From the NCBI RefSeq assembly GCF_016806735.1, contig NZ_CP060530.1, forward strand, positions 240,001-272,000: a stretch of DNA of 32,000 nt, read 5' to 3'. Both the position numbers and the translations under genes were made by a program. This stretch comes from Candidatus Micrarchaeum sp. (GTDB lineage: Archaea > Micrarchaeota > Micrarchaeia > Micrarchaeales > Micrarchaeaceae). Under the pieces are notes generated by a model. The model searched no databases. It had not been told where the DNA came from and saw nothing but the letters and a program-made list of their open reading frames with translations. Shown here piece after piece: positions 8,109 to 16,470 of this stretch (position 1 is the stretch's first letter; the number at the start of each line of letters is the position of its first letter).

Positions 8109-8882
8109 ATCACGAACATACTAAAATCCTTCTACGAATCCGCTTTCGGGAAAGTCCTCGCCGAAAAGTACAGCCACGGAGCAAGGATAAGGATAATAAA
8201 GAAGGGCCCGTACAAGGAGCTGATATACAACAGCACGGTCTTTTCGCGCATAGTAGAGGGGCGCCTCCTCACCGGAAGCTATTGGGACTACTTCCTGCCT
8301 CTTCCATCACTGTTCGAAAATCCCAAAATACTGATAATAGGCCTTGGCGGAGGCACGATACCGTACCAGATAGAATCTTTATACCCTAACGCGAGCATAG
8401 ACGTAATAGAGATTGACGAGGCCATAGCGTCCATGTACAAGATATTCATAGGCAAGAACCTAAAGTCAAACATAATACTTGGCGATGGGATAGAGTACAT
8501 GGAGTCCCACGGCAACATGTACAATATTGTGATACTTGATGCATATGTAGACGAGAACATGCCAGAGGAATTTTTCTCCGACAGGATGATAAATGCCGCG
8601 AGCTCATCGCTCATGGGAAACGGGGTTCTGGCAATAAACTATACGCTTACCTCGCTTGGAATAGCGAATTCGAAGAAGCTCACCAAAGCTCTTGCCAAAA
8701 TGTTTGAAGTATACACTCTTTCAATGCCTCCAATATCGGGGAACAGGGTTGTAATATGCCTAAAGGGTGTCGATGCAGGAAAACTCAGGGCCATAGGCAG
8801 CATGCCCAAGCTCAAGGAGGAGCATGCATACATAACCAAGGCGTATTCCAACATGGATGAAGACAATCAGGAAGTAATTTAG
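8109..8882 (+). CDS. spermidine-synthase-like / class I SAM-dependent methyltransferase-fold protein; start codon unresolved
   Basis: The track ORF (8433-8882) begins mid-domain. The same frame is open back to 8109 and encodes ...GPYKELIYNSTVFSRIVEG...PKILIIGLGGGTIPYQIE...IDVIEIDEAI...ILDAY..., a spermidine-synthase-type Rossmann motif. There is no ATG/GTG/TTG in frame between 8109 and 8433. GTG at 8095 or 8101 joins the frame if the A3 run 8107-8109 is A4. Confidence 0.7.
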   Translation: MTNILKSFYESAFGKVLAEKYSHGARIRIIKKGPYKELIYNSTVFSRIVEGRLLTGSYWDYFLPLPSLFENPKILIIGLGGGTIPYQIESLYPNASIDVIEIDEAIASMYKIFIGKNLKSNIILGDGIEYMESHGNMYNIVILDAYVDENMPEEFFSDRMINAASSSLMGNGVLAINYTLTSLGIANSKKLTKALAKMFEVYTLSMPPISGNRVVICLKGVDAGKLRAIGSMPKLKEEHAYITKAYSNMDEDNQEVI

Positions 8883-8890
8883 TGTTGACC

Positions 8891-8903
8891 TAATAAATAA
8901 AAT
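8891..8903 (+). promoter_or_regulatory. TATA-like box (taataaataaaat) about 26-38 nt upstream of the cysS ATG 8929
   Basis: The spacing would give a leaderless or near-leaderless cysS mRNA. Pattern only. Confidence 0.3.
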
Positions 8904-8928
8904 CGGTGCTGTTTTGCCTTCAATAAAG

Positions 8929-10383
8929 ATGTACAATACCATGTCCCGCAGGATAGAAGACTTCAAGCCTTTGAATCCTCCAAAGGTGTTGATGTATGCA
9001 TGCGGGCCTACGGTTTATTTCTATGCCCACATAGGCAACATGCGCGCCTATGTGTTTGAGGACATGCTTAGGAGAACGCTGGCACACGAGGGCTACGAAG
9101 TAAACCATGTAATGAACCTTACCGACGTTGGGCATCTGGCCAGCGACGCCGATACTGGGGAAGACAAGATAAGAAGGGAAGCCTCAAAGGAGCACAAGAG
9201 CATGTCGGAAATCGCTGACTTCTACACAAAGGCCTTCATGAAAGACCTATCGCTGCTCAACATAACGACTCCGACAACCATGGCAAAGGCTTCAGACCAC
9301 GTCAACGAAATGCTTTCGCTTATAGGCACATTGGACAAGGAGGGATATCTATATACGATAAAGGATTCCAGCAGCGGAGTATACATGGACACATCCAAGG
9401 TGAAAGACTATGGAAAGCTTTCGGGAAGGACATTTGAAGAGCTGAACAAGAGCCAGCAGGCAGGCGCAAGGGTCGACAGGCCTGAAGGGCTCAAGAACAT
9501 AACGGATTTTGCAGTATGGCGCTTCGCCCCAGAAAGCTTAAAGGAGATGGTATGGGATTCGAAGTTCGGGAGGGGCTTTCCAGGATGGCACATAGAATGC
9601 AGCGCAATGAGCATGAAATACCTTGGCAATACTTTCGACATACACTGCGGAGGTATAGACCACATACCAATACATCACACCAACGAGATAGCCCAATCCG
9701 AATCCGCTACTGGCGCGACGTTCGTCAACTACTGGTTTCACGTAAATTTCCTGACCGTAGACGGAGAAAAGATGGCGAAATCTCTTGGCAACATATACAC
9801 GCTTGATGACATAATCAAAAGAGGCTTCTCGCCGCTAGCCTACAGGTATTTCCTCCTTAGCTCGCATTACAGGAGCCAGCAAAACTTCACCTTCGACGCG
9901 CTGCAAAACGCCCAGAATACGATAAATTCCATATATACCGTAGCACAGAAGCTGGCAAAGGTATCCGCCAAATTCGACAAGCTCGACAAGGAAACGATAA
10001 AGTTTGCTGAGAACATACGCGTCAAATTCTTCAGCGCTATATGCAACGACTTCAACACTCCGGAAGCCCTTGCGGCCATGCACGAGCTTGTGTCAAAGGC
10101 TGCCAACCTGGTAGAAACCGGCACCATAGGCATAGATGCATCATCTCTTGTGCTGAACGTACTCCTGGATTTCGATTCGGTTCTTGGCATAAGCATAGAC
10201 AATTATGCAAAGGAAAAGAGCCTTCCTTCCGGGTCCGAAGAGCTACTTAAAGCTCGCGATCAGGCACGTGCATCCAAGGACTTCGCCAAGGCCGACGAGC
10301 TGCGCAAGGAGCTGGAAGAAAAGTTCGGAGTAATCGTTGAAGACACGCAGGAGGGCAGCAAATGGTTTTTGAAGGCGCAATGA
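8929..10383 (+). CDS. cysS: cysteinyl-tRNA synthetase
   Basis: MYNTMSRRIEDFKPL..MYACGPTVYFYAHIGNMRAY (HIGH-type motif), DIHCGGIDHIPIHHTNEIAQSE, KMAKSLGN (KMSKS). The track start at 8914 is TTG. ATG 8929 is preferred because of the N-terminal alignment (M.YNT.sR) and the TATA spacing. Confidence 0.92.
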   Translation: MYNTMSRRIEDFKPLNPPKVLMYACGPTVYFYAHIGNMRAYVFEDMLRRTLAHEGYEVNHVMNLTDVGHLASDADTGEDKIRREASKEHKSMSEIADFYTKAFMKDLSLLNITTPTTMAKASDHVNEMLSLIGTLDKEGYLYTIKDSSSGVYMDTSKVKDYGKLSGRTFEELNKSQQAGARVDRPEGLKNITDFAVWRFAPESLKEMVWDSKFGRGFPGWHIECSAMSMKYLGNTFDIHCGGIDHIPIHHTNEIAQSESATGATFVNYWFHVNFLTVDGEKMAKSLGNIYTLDDIIKRGFSPLAYRYFLLSSHYRSQQNFTFDALQNAQNTINSIYTVAQKLAKVSAKFDKLDKETIKFAENIRVKFFSAICNDFNTPEALAAMHELVSKAANLVETGTIGIDASSLVLNVLLDFDSVLGISIDNYAKEKSLPSGSEELLKARDQARASKDFAKADELRKELEEKFGVIVEDTQEGSKWFLKAQ

Positions 10384-10985
10384 GCATGCATGGAAAGGAG
10401 CCAAAAGACGAAAACTTCGGTTTCTTCACGTCGAGGCTTTACAAAGTATTCTCGAACACTTTTCCAAGCATGAAATCATTCTACTCGTTCATACTTTCCG
10501 ACATCGCGAATTACAAGTTCTCATCCATGCTAGACATAGGTTGCGGCCCAGGTATTCTGGATGTGAAAATTGCGCAGATGTTTCCCAAAGCCAAAATATG
10601 CGGGATAGATCCATCAAAGGACATGATAAAGCAGGCGGATTCGCTCTCCAAGCGAATGGACATCAAAAACCTCGAATTCGCAATAGGCAAAAACACCGAA
10701 ATACCCTTCGATCTTCAATTCGATATTGTGATAACTACCTTGTCATTCCACCACTGGGCTGTAAAGCGCAAGGCCTTGGAATACATAGCCAAGCGCATTG
10801 CTCCCCGGGGCAAAATGGCAATATATGAATTCCTCAAGCCCGAAAAGGGCATGGGAATTTCTGGAAGCCATTCGCTTAGCGTAAGGGAAGCAAATACATA
10901 CTCCAATATTCCCGGCCTTGAGCCGGCAAAAGTGTCAACAGAAAAAGGATTCATAAAGGTAATTCTGGAAAAGTCTTCTAAGTAG
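10380..10985 (+). CDS. class I SAM-dependent methyltransferase
   Basis: Motif I LDIGCGPG, followed by ICGIDPS and DIVITTLSFHHW. ATG 10380 overlaps the cysS TGA as ATGA, which suggests translational coupling. The track start 10362 lies inside cysS. Confidence 0.75.
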   Translation: MSMHGKEPKDENFGFFTSRLYKVFSNTFPSMKSFYSFILSDIANYKFSSMLDIGCGPGILDVKIAQMFPKAKICGIDPSKDMIKQADSLSKRMDIKNLEFAIGKNTEIPFDLQFDIVITTLSFHHWAVKRKALEYIAKRIAPRGKMAIYEFLKPEKGMGISGSHSLSVREANTYSNIPGLEPAKVSTEKGFIKVILEKSSK

Positions 10986-13347
10986 TGGAATTGGCATAGC
11001 TTATCTTGAATATCCTGCTGTCCGAGTTCTGGTAAATGAGTTTCATGCTTACTCCTGTTCCATTTCCATAATCGCAGCTTGCCTTCGAGCATCCGTAAAG
11101 GAACTCGAACATGTTGCTTCTAGTAAAGTTTTGGCCAACGAGCGCTGCACTAGTTATATTGTGCCCGGAATATGTCATGAAGAACGTATAATTCACAGGC
11201 GATCCGGTCACGTTGTGCTCTATATAAGTGCCATTTGCGAAATTGTACAAAATGGTGTGCTTTAAGATGGTGTATCTGCCGTTGCTTCCCAACGCCGTTT
11301 CGACATCGCCAGGGTTGGAGAGATTCAGAAGCATTACGCCTTCGAGGCCGCTGTTTCCCTGCGCTACAAAGAAAATTCTTTCGAACGTGCTGTTGCTTGT
11401 TACGTTTACGCTGCTGAATGCGTCATAGCCATAAGTTGCTGCTATCGTGTTGCTCAGGTTGCCTTCGGTAGCTATGCCTCCGAGTTCCTGCAGCCAATAA
11501 TATCTTGCCAGAAGGTATTCTGGCCTATGCGTCTCGTTTAATAGGTAATGTGCATCCGGGCTTGTGTTTAGTATAAATCTTGCGAAGCCTGCTATAAGCT
11601 TAGGATTCTGGCCTCCAACGCTGTCCATTGCACTGGTCCTGTTCGCCCAGCCCTCTATGACAGAGCCATCAGGCCAAACTGCCAGGAATGTTGCGTTGCT
11701 CGGGGTATTATTTTTCACCCATGTAAGCGCAGAAAGGAAATTGGCGTTTATGCCGTCAGCCTGTACCGACGTGAAAGACTCTAGATTTGTCAAATAAAGC
11801 ATGTATACGAGTATGAATATAGCTACGGCAGCGAACATGAGCCTGCCATAAGTCCGAATCCCTTTCTTCGCGTTCTTCAAGACATTTTTGTCGAATCCCA
11901 AAAGCCTGCCTATCGCGTAAAGCCCATAAGCTGCAAATATCGCTATAGGCACAGCTACTATCGAATTGAACCTTACCGCATTGATTTGCAGGTAAAAGGT
12001 AGCCACGAAATAAGCAAGCATTACCAAGAATTCGGGCGAGAACTTGAGCCTGTGCAGCATCGTGTACTTCTGTCCCGGGTGTATCCTGTCTGCAAAGAGC
12101 AGGTAAAGGATTATGCCGACCGGAGCAAGAAAGAGCTGGTACGCAAAGCTTGCCCAAAGGAATGCAAACGTCGGAGGCTGCAGCTCCTGTATTGTGGTAT
12201 CCAGGTGGCTGCTCGCTATCACGAGCCCGTCGCCGCTAGCCACCTGCGCAAGGAATCCTCCGAAGAATACGAGGATTACAACCAAAGCTACTACTATTAC
12301 CGCAACAACAAATTTTGCCCTTGCTGCCATGTTCATAGTAAATGAAGGGAACCTGTTTCTTTCCCGTATAAGGTAATAGGCAAGAAGCGTGCCTATAACT
12401 ACCGGGCCATAGAATATGAAGAAGTGCAGGCTTGAGAGTGCCTGCGTTCCCCTTATTATTGTAAGTGCCATCCACATGTGCTGCATCGCATATGTCAGCA
12501 GCAGCGCAAAGGTCAGCAAAAGCGAATCCTTGAGCAGCTGAAGGTCAGACGTTATGTAACCAAGCACTGTTATTAATATTACTGCAAGCATGTACACTAT
12601 TATTGTAAACGGCGCGCCATTCCACACTGCGGTGCCAACTCCCAGGACGAAAGCAGCCAGCAGCGCAAATAGCACCTTCTTTCTGGCGCTCTTGGCCCTG
12701 AATACCGCTATAAAGAATATGAGCGAAAGTATCATGAAAGAGGTTATGAAGCCGTCTCCCCTGTATACGAGCGCAGCTGTCCTGGCTATGTCGCCGCTTG
12801 ATATTGCTACAAAAAACATTGCCAGAAATGCCAGAACCCTGCTTTTGGCAAAATACCTTACAATGTAATATGCGCCTATTGCGTCAAGGACACCGAAGAG
12901 TATTGGCACAAGCCTCATCATGGTGTAATAGCTTGCACCGAAGTACCTCAATACCGCATACGGAAAAAGCGTGACGAAATAGAGTCCCAGCGGCTCCGTG
13001 ATCGGGAAATGCGTAGGAAATCCTGAAAGAACCAACGTCTTAGGTATTGCAAACCCGTGCGTGACCGCGGCCCTTATGACCGAAAAATGATAAAAGCCGT
13101 CGGGCTCAAAGAATCCTGCATACTTAAGCATCCCGGTCCTTAGGTATATGTCAAGTATTATTACGATTATGAAAAGCGCTATTGCAGCATAGCCGTATTT
13201 GCCTATGGTGAACCTGGCCTTTTTGCCGTTACCTGCATTGGCATTATGCTCTGCTGGCGTTGACGAGTCAGCTCCAACGCTGACCTGCGGTATGCTCTCC
13301 TCGTGCTTCTCGGCAATCTCCGGTTGTGCTTCCTGTCCAGAATCCAT
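10978..13347 (-). CDS. aglB: AglB/STT3-like oligosaccharyltransferase (GT-C fold), degenerate WWDYG motif
   Basis: 789 aa, with a long multi-pass hydrophobic N-terminal region and a soluble C-terminal region. First-loop motif FFEPDGFYHFSVIR (D..YH..R type). VWPDGSVIEGWANRTSAMDSVGG (nt 11647-11676 for WPDGSVIEGW) sits where STT3/AglB proteins carry WWDYG. Overlaps the convergent methyltransferase by 8 nt. Confidence 0.65.
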   Translation of the reverse strand: MDSGQEAQPEIAEKHEESIPQVSVGADSSTPAEHNANAGNGKKARFTIGKYGYAAIALFIIVIILDIYLRTGMLKYAGFFEPDGFYHFSVIRAAVTHGFAIPKTLVLSGFPTHFPITEPLGLYFVTLFPYAVLRYFGASYYTMMRLVPILFGVLDAIGAYYIVRYFAKSRVLAFLAMFFVAISSGDIARTAALVYRGDGFITSFMILSLIFFIAVFRAKSARKKVLFALLAAFVLGVGTAVWNGAPFTIIVYMLAVILITVLGYITSDLQLLKDSLLLTFALLLTYAMQHMWMALTIIRGTQALSSLHFFIFYGPVVIGTLLAYYLIRERNRFPSFTMNMAARAKFVVAVIVVALVVILVFFGGFLAQVASGDGLVIASSHLDTTIQELQPPTFAFLWASFAYQLFLAPVGIILYLLFADRIHPGQKYTMLHRLKFSPEFLVMLAYFVATFYLQINAVRFNSIVAVPIAIFAAYGLYAIGRLLGFDKNVLKNAKKGIRTYGRLMFAAVAIFILVYMLYLTNLESFTSVQADGINANFLSALTWVKNNTPSNATFLAVWPDGSVIEGWANRTSAMDSVGGQNPKLIAGFARFILNTSPDAHYLLNETHRPEYLLARYYWLQELGGIATEGNLSNTIAATYGYDAFSSVNVTSNSTFERIFFVAQGNSGLEGVMLLNLSNPGDVETALGSNGRYTILKHTILYNFANGTYIEHNVTGSPVNYTFFMTYSGHNITSAALVGQNFTRSNMFEFLYGCSKASCDYGNGTGVSMKLIYQNSDSRIFKISYANSTT

Positions 13348-13497
13348 AAACAGACCAAACTCGCTACTGAAAATTAAGTCAATAAAGCCTTTTTGTTATG
13401 AACTTTTTTAATGCTTATCCTAACATTCATGGCATCTAGCCTAAAAATGCCTGCCAGCCTTTACGATAAAGAAAATAAAAATACTAATAAATATATC

Positions 13498-13511
13498 AGA
13501 TAAATATACAT
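13498..13511 (+). promoter_or_regulatory. TATA-like box (gataaatatacata) upstream of the surface-protein operon; GGAG Shine-Dalgarno-like element at 13537-13540
   Basis: Lies in the 198-nt AT-rich divergent intergenic region between aglB (ATG 13347, minus strand) and ATG 13546. Pattern only. Confidence 0.3.
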
Positions 13512-13545
13512 ATCGAACTATGCCGCGCTCAGGTCTGGAGATATC

Positions 13546-15552
13546 ATGGATACCACAAAATACAAAGCGATAGCTTTCGTCTTCATGTTTTCATTTATTC
13601 TCATTGCATCCTATTCATCATATTCGAATGCGAATACGGTTGCTGTCAATGCTTCGATAAATGCCGTGTGCCAGTTCGCACTGTACAATACGCATTCTGT
13701 CGTTTATCCGCTGCTCTCAAACATTTCGGTCAGCTTTGCCTCCCAAGATCTTGCAAACTGCTCAATATCAAGCATGCCAGGCACTATGACAGTTTTCTAT
13801 CCTAACGGTACCAGAGCCTTGAACTTCAGCTCTGAGTTCTACAATTTTACAGATTCCCAGACACAATACAATTTTCCCGCTTCTTTCAACGGCCTCAAGC
13901 AGGGCAATTATACCGCAAACATAACCCTCAAAGAGACGCCCACATACAAAAATTCGACTACAATATCGCTAATACTTCTCAATCCTCCGAACGTTATAGC
14001 CAGCAACATGATAGTGGGAAACGTAAGCTATGGCTCTCAGCTTCCTGTTTCCCTGCGCCTCCATAACAACGGTTCCCTGGCCTCAAACACGATCACGCTT
14101 TATATAAGAATAAACGGCACTGCCGCGTTCAATAAAAGCTATGTCCTAAGCCCAATAGCCCCTAACCAGACATTCCCAATAATACTGTCACTAAGCAATG
14201 TCACCAACACTCCCGGCCCATACAAAATATATGCATATGCTGGCTTCAGCGAATATGGCAGGACGTTCCTGTCTAATGTGGTAAAGGCGAACTACACCGT
14301 TCCATCTCCTCCCTCTACTTCGAAAATACCCTCTAACAGAACTACTACGCCAATAGTAAAGCCTCCTTACGTGGAGATAACTACGGTGCCTATATACTCT
14401 TCAATACCTTACGGTACTTCTGCCGTATCGTCGCTAGGGCTTAAAGACATAATAGCACAGCCAGAAACCGTCACGCTAAGCATAAACAGCTCGTATTCCA
14501 ACCTGATGAGCATTTCGGCTACTTCCCTTTCGCTCAAAGCGAACCAGACCGAACTGGTGCAGGTATACGCCAATGGAAAATCCAACAAGCCAGGCAGCTA
14601 CATAGTTCCGATAGCGATAAACGCCACCTTGGCTAACGGCACATCATCCCTGCAAACCGAATATGTATCGTTTACCGTTTACAATAAGACAAATTCAACG
14701 GCATCAATAAATTACAACGTAGCTCTGCAAAATGACACAACGTCCGCTCTAGGCACTGTTACAGTTTCAGGTGCCGTAAATACGAGCCTGAAGAACACAA
14801 CACTGCTCACCATAATACCGGAGGCAGAGGTTTCATCGTCAAACGACATAAACGCCTACGGCCTGCCTAACAGGATAGAAGTCGTCAACAATTCCTATTA
14901 TATAATATGGAACATAAGCAGCATACCCGCATCCAAGCAGGTAATAGTGTATTATTCGATAAGTAATCCGAAAAGCCAGTCTCTTCTCAGCGACATACAG
15001 AACATACTATACTCTCCTTCTTCCATATCCTTCCTCAAGCTTTTCAAGATAACAAGCCTTTCACTCCCCACGCTCTTTACAAATTCATACGGGCTAATCA
15101 ACGTTTCTGCAATATATACTGGGGTATTGCCGAGCACGGTATCGCTTTATCTCGTAAGCTCCACCGGGCTCAAGGCCATAAACGCTTCATACAGCCAGGG
15201 TATAGTGCCAAACCAGCAGGTTTTCCACTCTTTCAGGGTAGCTTCAGGTCCGGTTCCTGGGACGTATCTGCTGTACATGTATGCTTCCGCTGCAGGCGTA
15301 AACTACAACTATACGCTGCCCCTGCTGGTTGAAAAGCTGGTTCCATCAACTACCGTGCTCACAACAGTGCCGCCTACTCCGGTGCTCGAAAGAAACATAT
15401 ACACCTATGCCGCTTATGCGGCTATCGCCATAATATTGATAGCAATCGCCACGTACGCTGCATATAAATATAAAAACAAGCCCAGATACAATCCGAAAGT
15501 TGCAAAGGAGCTTGTAGAGATCACCAAAAAGGAGCGTTCTAAGAAGGGTTGA
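13546..15552 (+). CDS. secreted, C-terminally membrane-anchored, sequon-rich beta-sandwich (CARDB-like) surface glycoprotein; S-layer-type candidate
   Basis: Sec-type signal MDTTKYKAIAFVFMFSFILIASYSSYSNA. Very dense N-x-S/T sequons (NAS, NIS, NCS, NGT, NFS, NFT, NYT, NIT, NST within the first ~130 aa). CARDB-like segments, e.g. LRLHNNGSLASNTITLYIRINGTA...GPYKIYAYAGF and FRVASGPVPGTYLLYMYA. C-terminal TM YAAYAAIAIILIAIATYAAY followed by the basic tail KYKNKPRYNPK...KKERSKKG. Confidence 0.7.
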   Translation: MDTTKYKAIAFVFMFSFILIASYSSYSNANTVAVNASINAVCQFALYNTHSVVYPLLSNISVSFASQDLANCSISSMPGTMTVFYPNGTRALNFSSEFYNFTDSQTQYNFPASFNGLKQGNYTANITLKETPTYKNSTTISLILLNPPNVIASNMIVGNVSYGSQLPVSLRLHNNGSLASNTITLYIRINGTAAFNKSYVLSPIAPNQTFPIILSLSNVTNTPGPYKIYAYAGFSEYGRTFLSNVVKANYTVPSPPSTSKIPSNRTTTPIVKPPYVEITTVPIYSSIPYGTSAVSSLGLKDIIAQPETVTLSINSSYSNLMSISATSLSLKANQTELVQVYANGKSNKPGSYIVPIAINATLANGTSSLQTEYVSFTVYNKTNSTASINYNVALQNDTTSALGTVTVSGAVNTSLKNTTLLTIIPEAEVSSSNDINAYGLPNRIEVVNNSYYIIWNISSIPASKQVIVYYSISNPKSQSLLSDIQNILYSPSSISFLKLFKITSLSLPTLFTNSYGLINVSAIYTGVLPSTVSLYLVSSTGLKAINASYSQGIVPNQQVFHSFRVASGPVPGTYLLYMYASAAGVNYNYTLPLLVEKLVPSTTVLTTVPPTPVLERNIYTYAAYAAIAIILIAIATYAAYKYKNKPRYNPKVAKELVEITKKERSKKG

Positions 15553-15563
15553 GGTTCTTCAAA

Positions 15564-16310
15564 ATGACAAAAACATATAGCATAATCATTGCTTCCATAA
15601 AGGGCGGTGTCGGAAAGACCACCGTGGCGGTCAACCTTGCAATAGCGCTAAGCATAGCCGGATACAAGACATTGCTCTACGAAATGGACACGGTAAATCC
15701 GGGGGTGGGCTATCACCTAGGCAAGCTTGACGACGAATCCCGCGTTCAGGTTTACAAACCGACTGGGCTTCAATATGTTCCTGCACGCGTATCAGAATCT
15801 TCCGATGCAATGGTGCCAGAGCGCGTCTCGCAGCTGGAATCGGAAATTAAAAATGGCGACTATGATTTTGTGATAGTAGACACGCAATCGGCCGAAAAAT
15901 CCCTGTTGAAGAAACATTTTGACAACGGCCTTATAATAATAAATCCGGACGAGCAGTCTTGCGCTGCCGGAATAATGGCCAAAGACATGGTCGAATCTTC
16001 AGGTGCCAAATGCAATATAATGCTGAACAGGGGGTTCGAAAAGCCTTATGCGCTTAGCGACAAAGAGATAGAAGAGATGTTTGGAACTCCGATAATGGCC
16101 AGGGCAGAAGAGGACCTTTCGTTGCGCAAGAGCCTTCTGAGCCATGTTCCGAATGTCCTGACAGAAAATGCACCTAAATTCAATGACCAGATAAACAAGC
16201 TGGCGAGAGTATATGCTGCGATGATTGACGAAGATTACGCGCAAAAGTTCGAAAATTTCAGCAAGGAACTCAACAGGGCGAAATCCGAAATCAAAAAATT
16301 GCAGAAGTAA
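15564..16310 (+). CDS. MinD/ParA-family (SIMIBI) P-loop ATPase with deviant Walker A
   Basis: SIKGGVGKTTVAVNLA (xKGGxGKT deviant Walker A with signature Lys), Walker B-like DFVIVDT, and a C-terminal charged/amphipathic stretch NFSKELNRAKSEIKKLQK. GAGGT lies 8-12 nt upstream of ATG 15564. The track start 15549 (TTG) overlaps the upstream stop. Confidence 0.8.
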   Translation: MTKTYSIIIASIKGGVGKTTVAVNLAIALSIAGYKTLLYEMDTVNPGVGYHLGKLDDESRVQVYKPTGLQYVPARVSESSDAMVPERVSQLESEIKNGDYDFVIVDTQSAEKSLLKKHFDNGLIIINPDEQSCAAGIMAKDMVESSGAKCNIMLNRGFEKPYALSDKEIEEMFGTPIMARAEEDLSLRKSLLSHVPNVLTENAPKFNDQINKLARVYAAMIDEDYAQKFENFSKELNRAKSEIKKLQK

Positions 16311-16323
16311 AACACTTGGTCGA

Positions 16324-16470
16324 ATGAGAAGCGAAACAGTCAAAGCGTCTGCAGGTTTTGCAGGAAAGCCACTAAGGCAGCAGAGCGTTGTGGAATTCGT
16401 ACTTACATATGGCTGGGCCATACTTCTCATTGCCATAGTGCTGGGTGCGATGTACGCTGTCGGCCTTTTC
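16324..16470 (+). other. class III (type IV pilin-like) signal peptide and hydrophobic pilin helix
   Basis: Short basic leader ...KPLRQ | QSVVEFVLTYGWAILLIAIVLGAMYAVGLF. With cleavage before the second Gln, Q is +1 and E is +5. The E[FY].xTYGWAIL helix is the form I recall from archaeal class III signal peptide proteins. Confidence 0.7.

Noticed and set aside
8288-8966. Minus-strand ORFs 8288-8614, 8639-8866, 8760-8966 and 8920-9135 opposite the speE-like gene and cysS
   Set aside because: They lie antisense to genes with strong family motifs and have no motifs of their own.
10715-12475. ORFs 10715-11092 (-), 11228-11428 (+), 11564-11797 (+), 11756-12157 (-), 11986-12345 (+), 12113-12376 (+), 12236-12475 (-)
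   Set aside because: All are embedded in or antisense to the methyltransferase and the 789-aa AglB-like ORF, and none has independent support. They are off-frame or shadow ORFs.
16225-16323. ORF-track start (ATG 16225) for the giant ORF, adding 33 residues MTKITRKSSKISARNSTGRNPKSKNCRSKTLGR
   Set aside because: This extension overlaps the last 86 nt of the MinD-like gene in another frame and is a basic low-complexity read-through. ATG 16324 lies 13 nt after the MinD stop and produces a canonical short-leader class III signal peptide.
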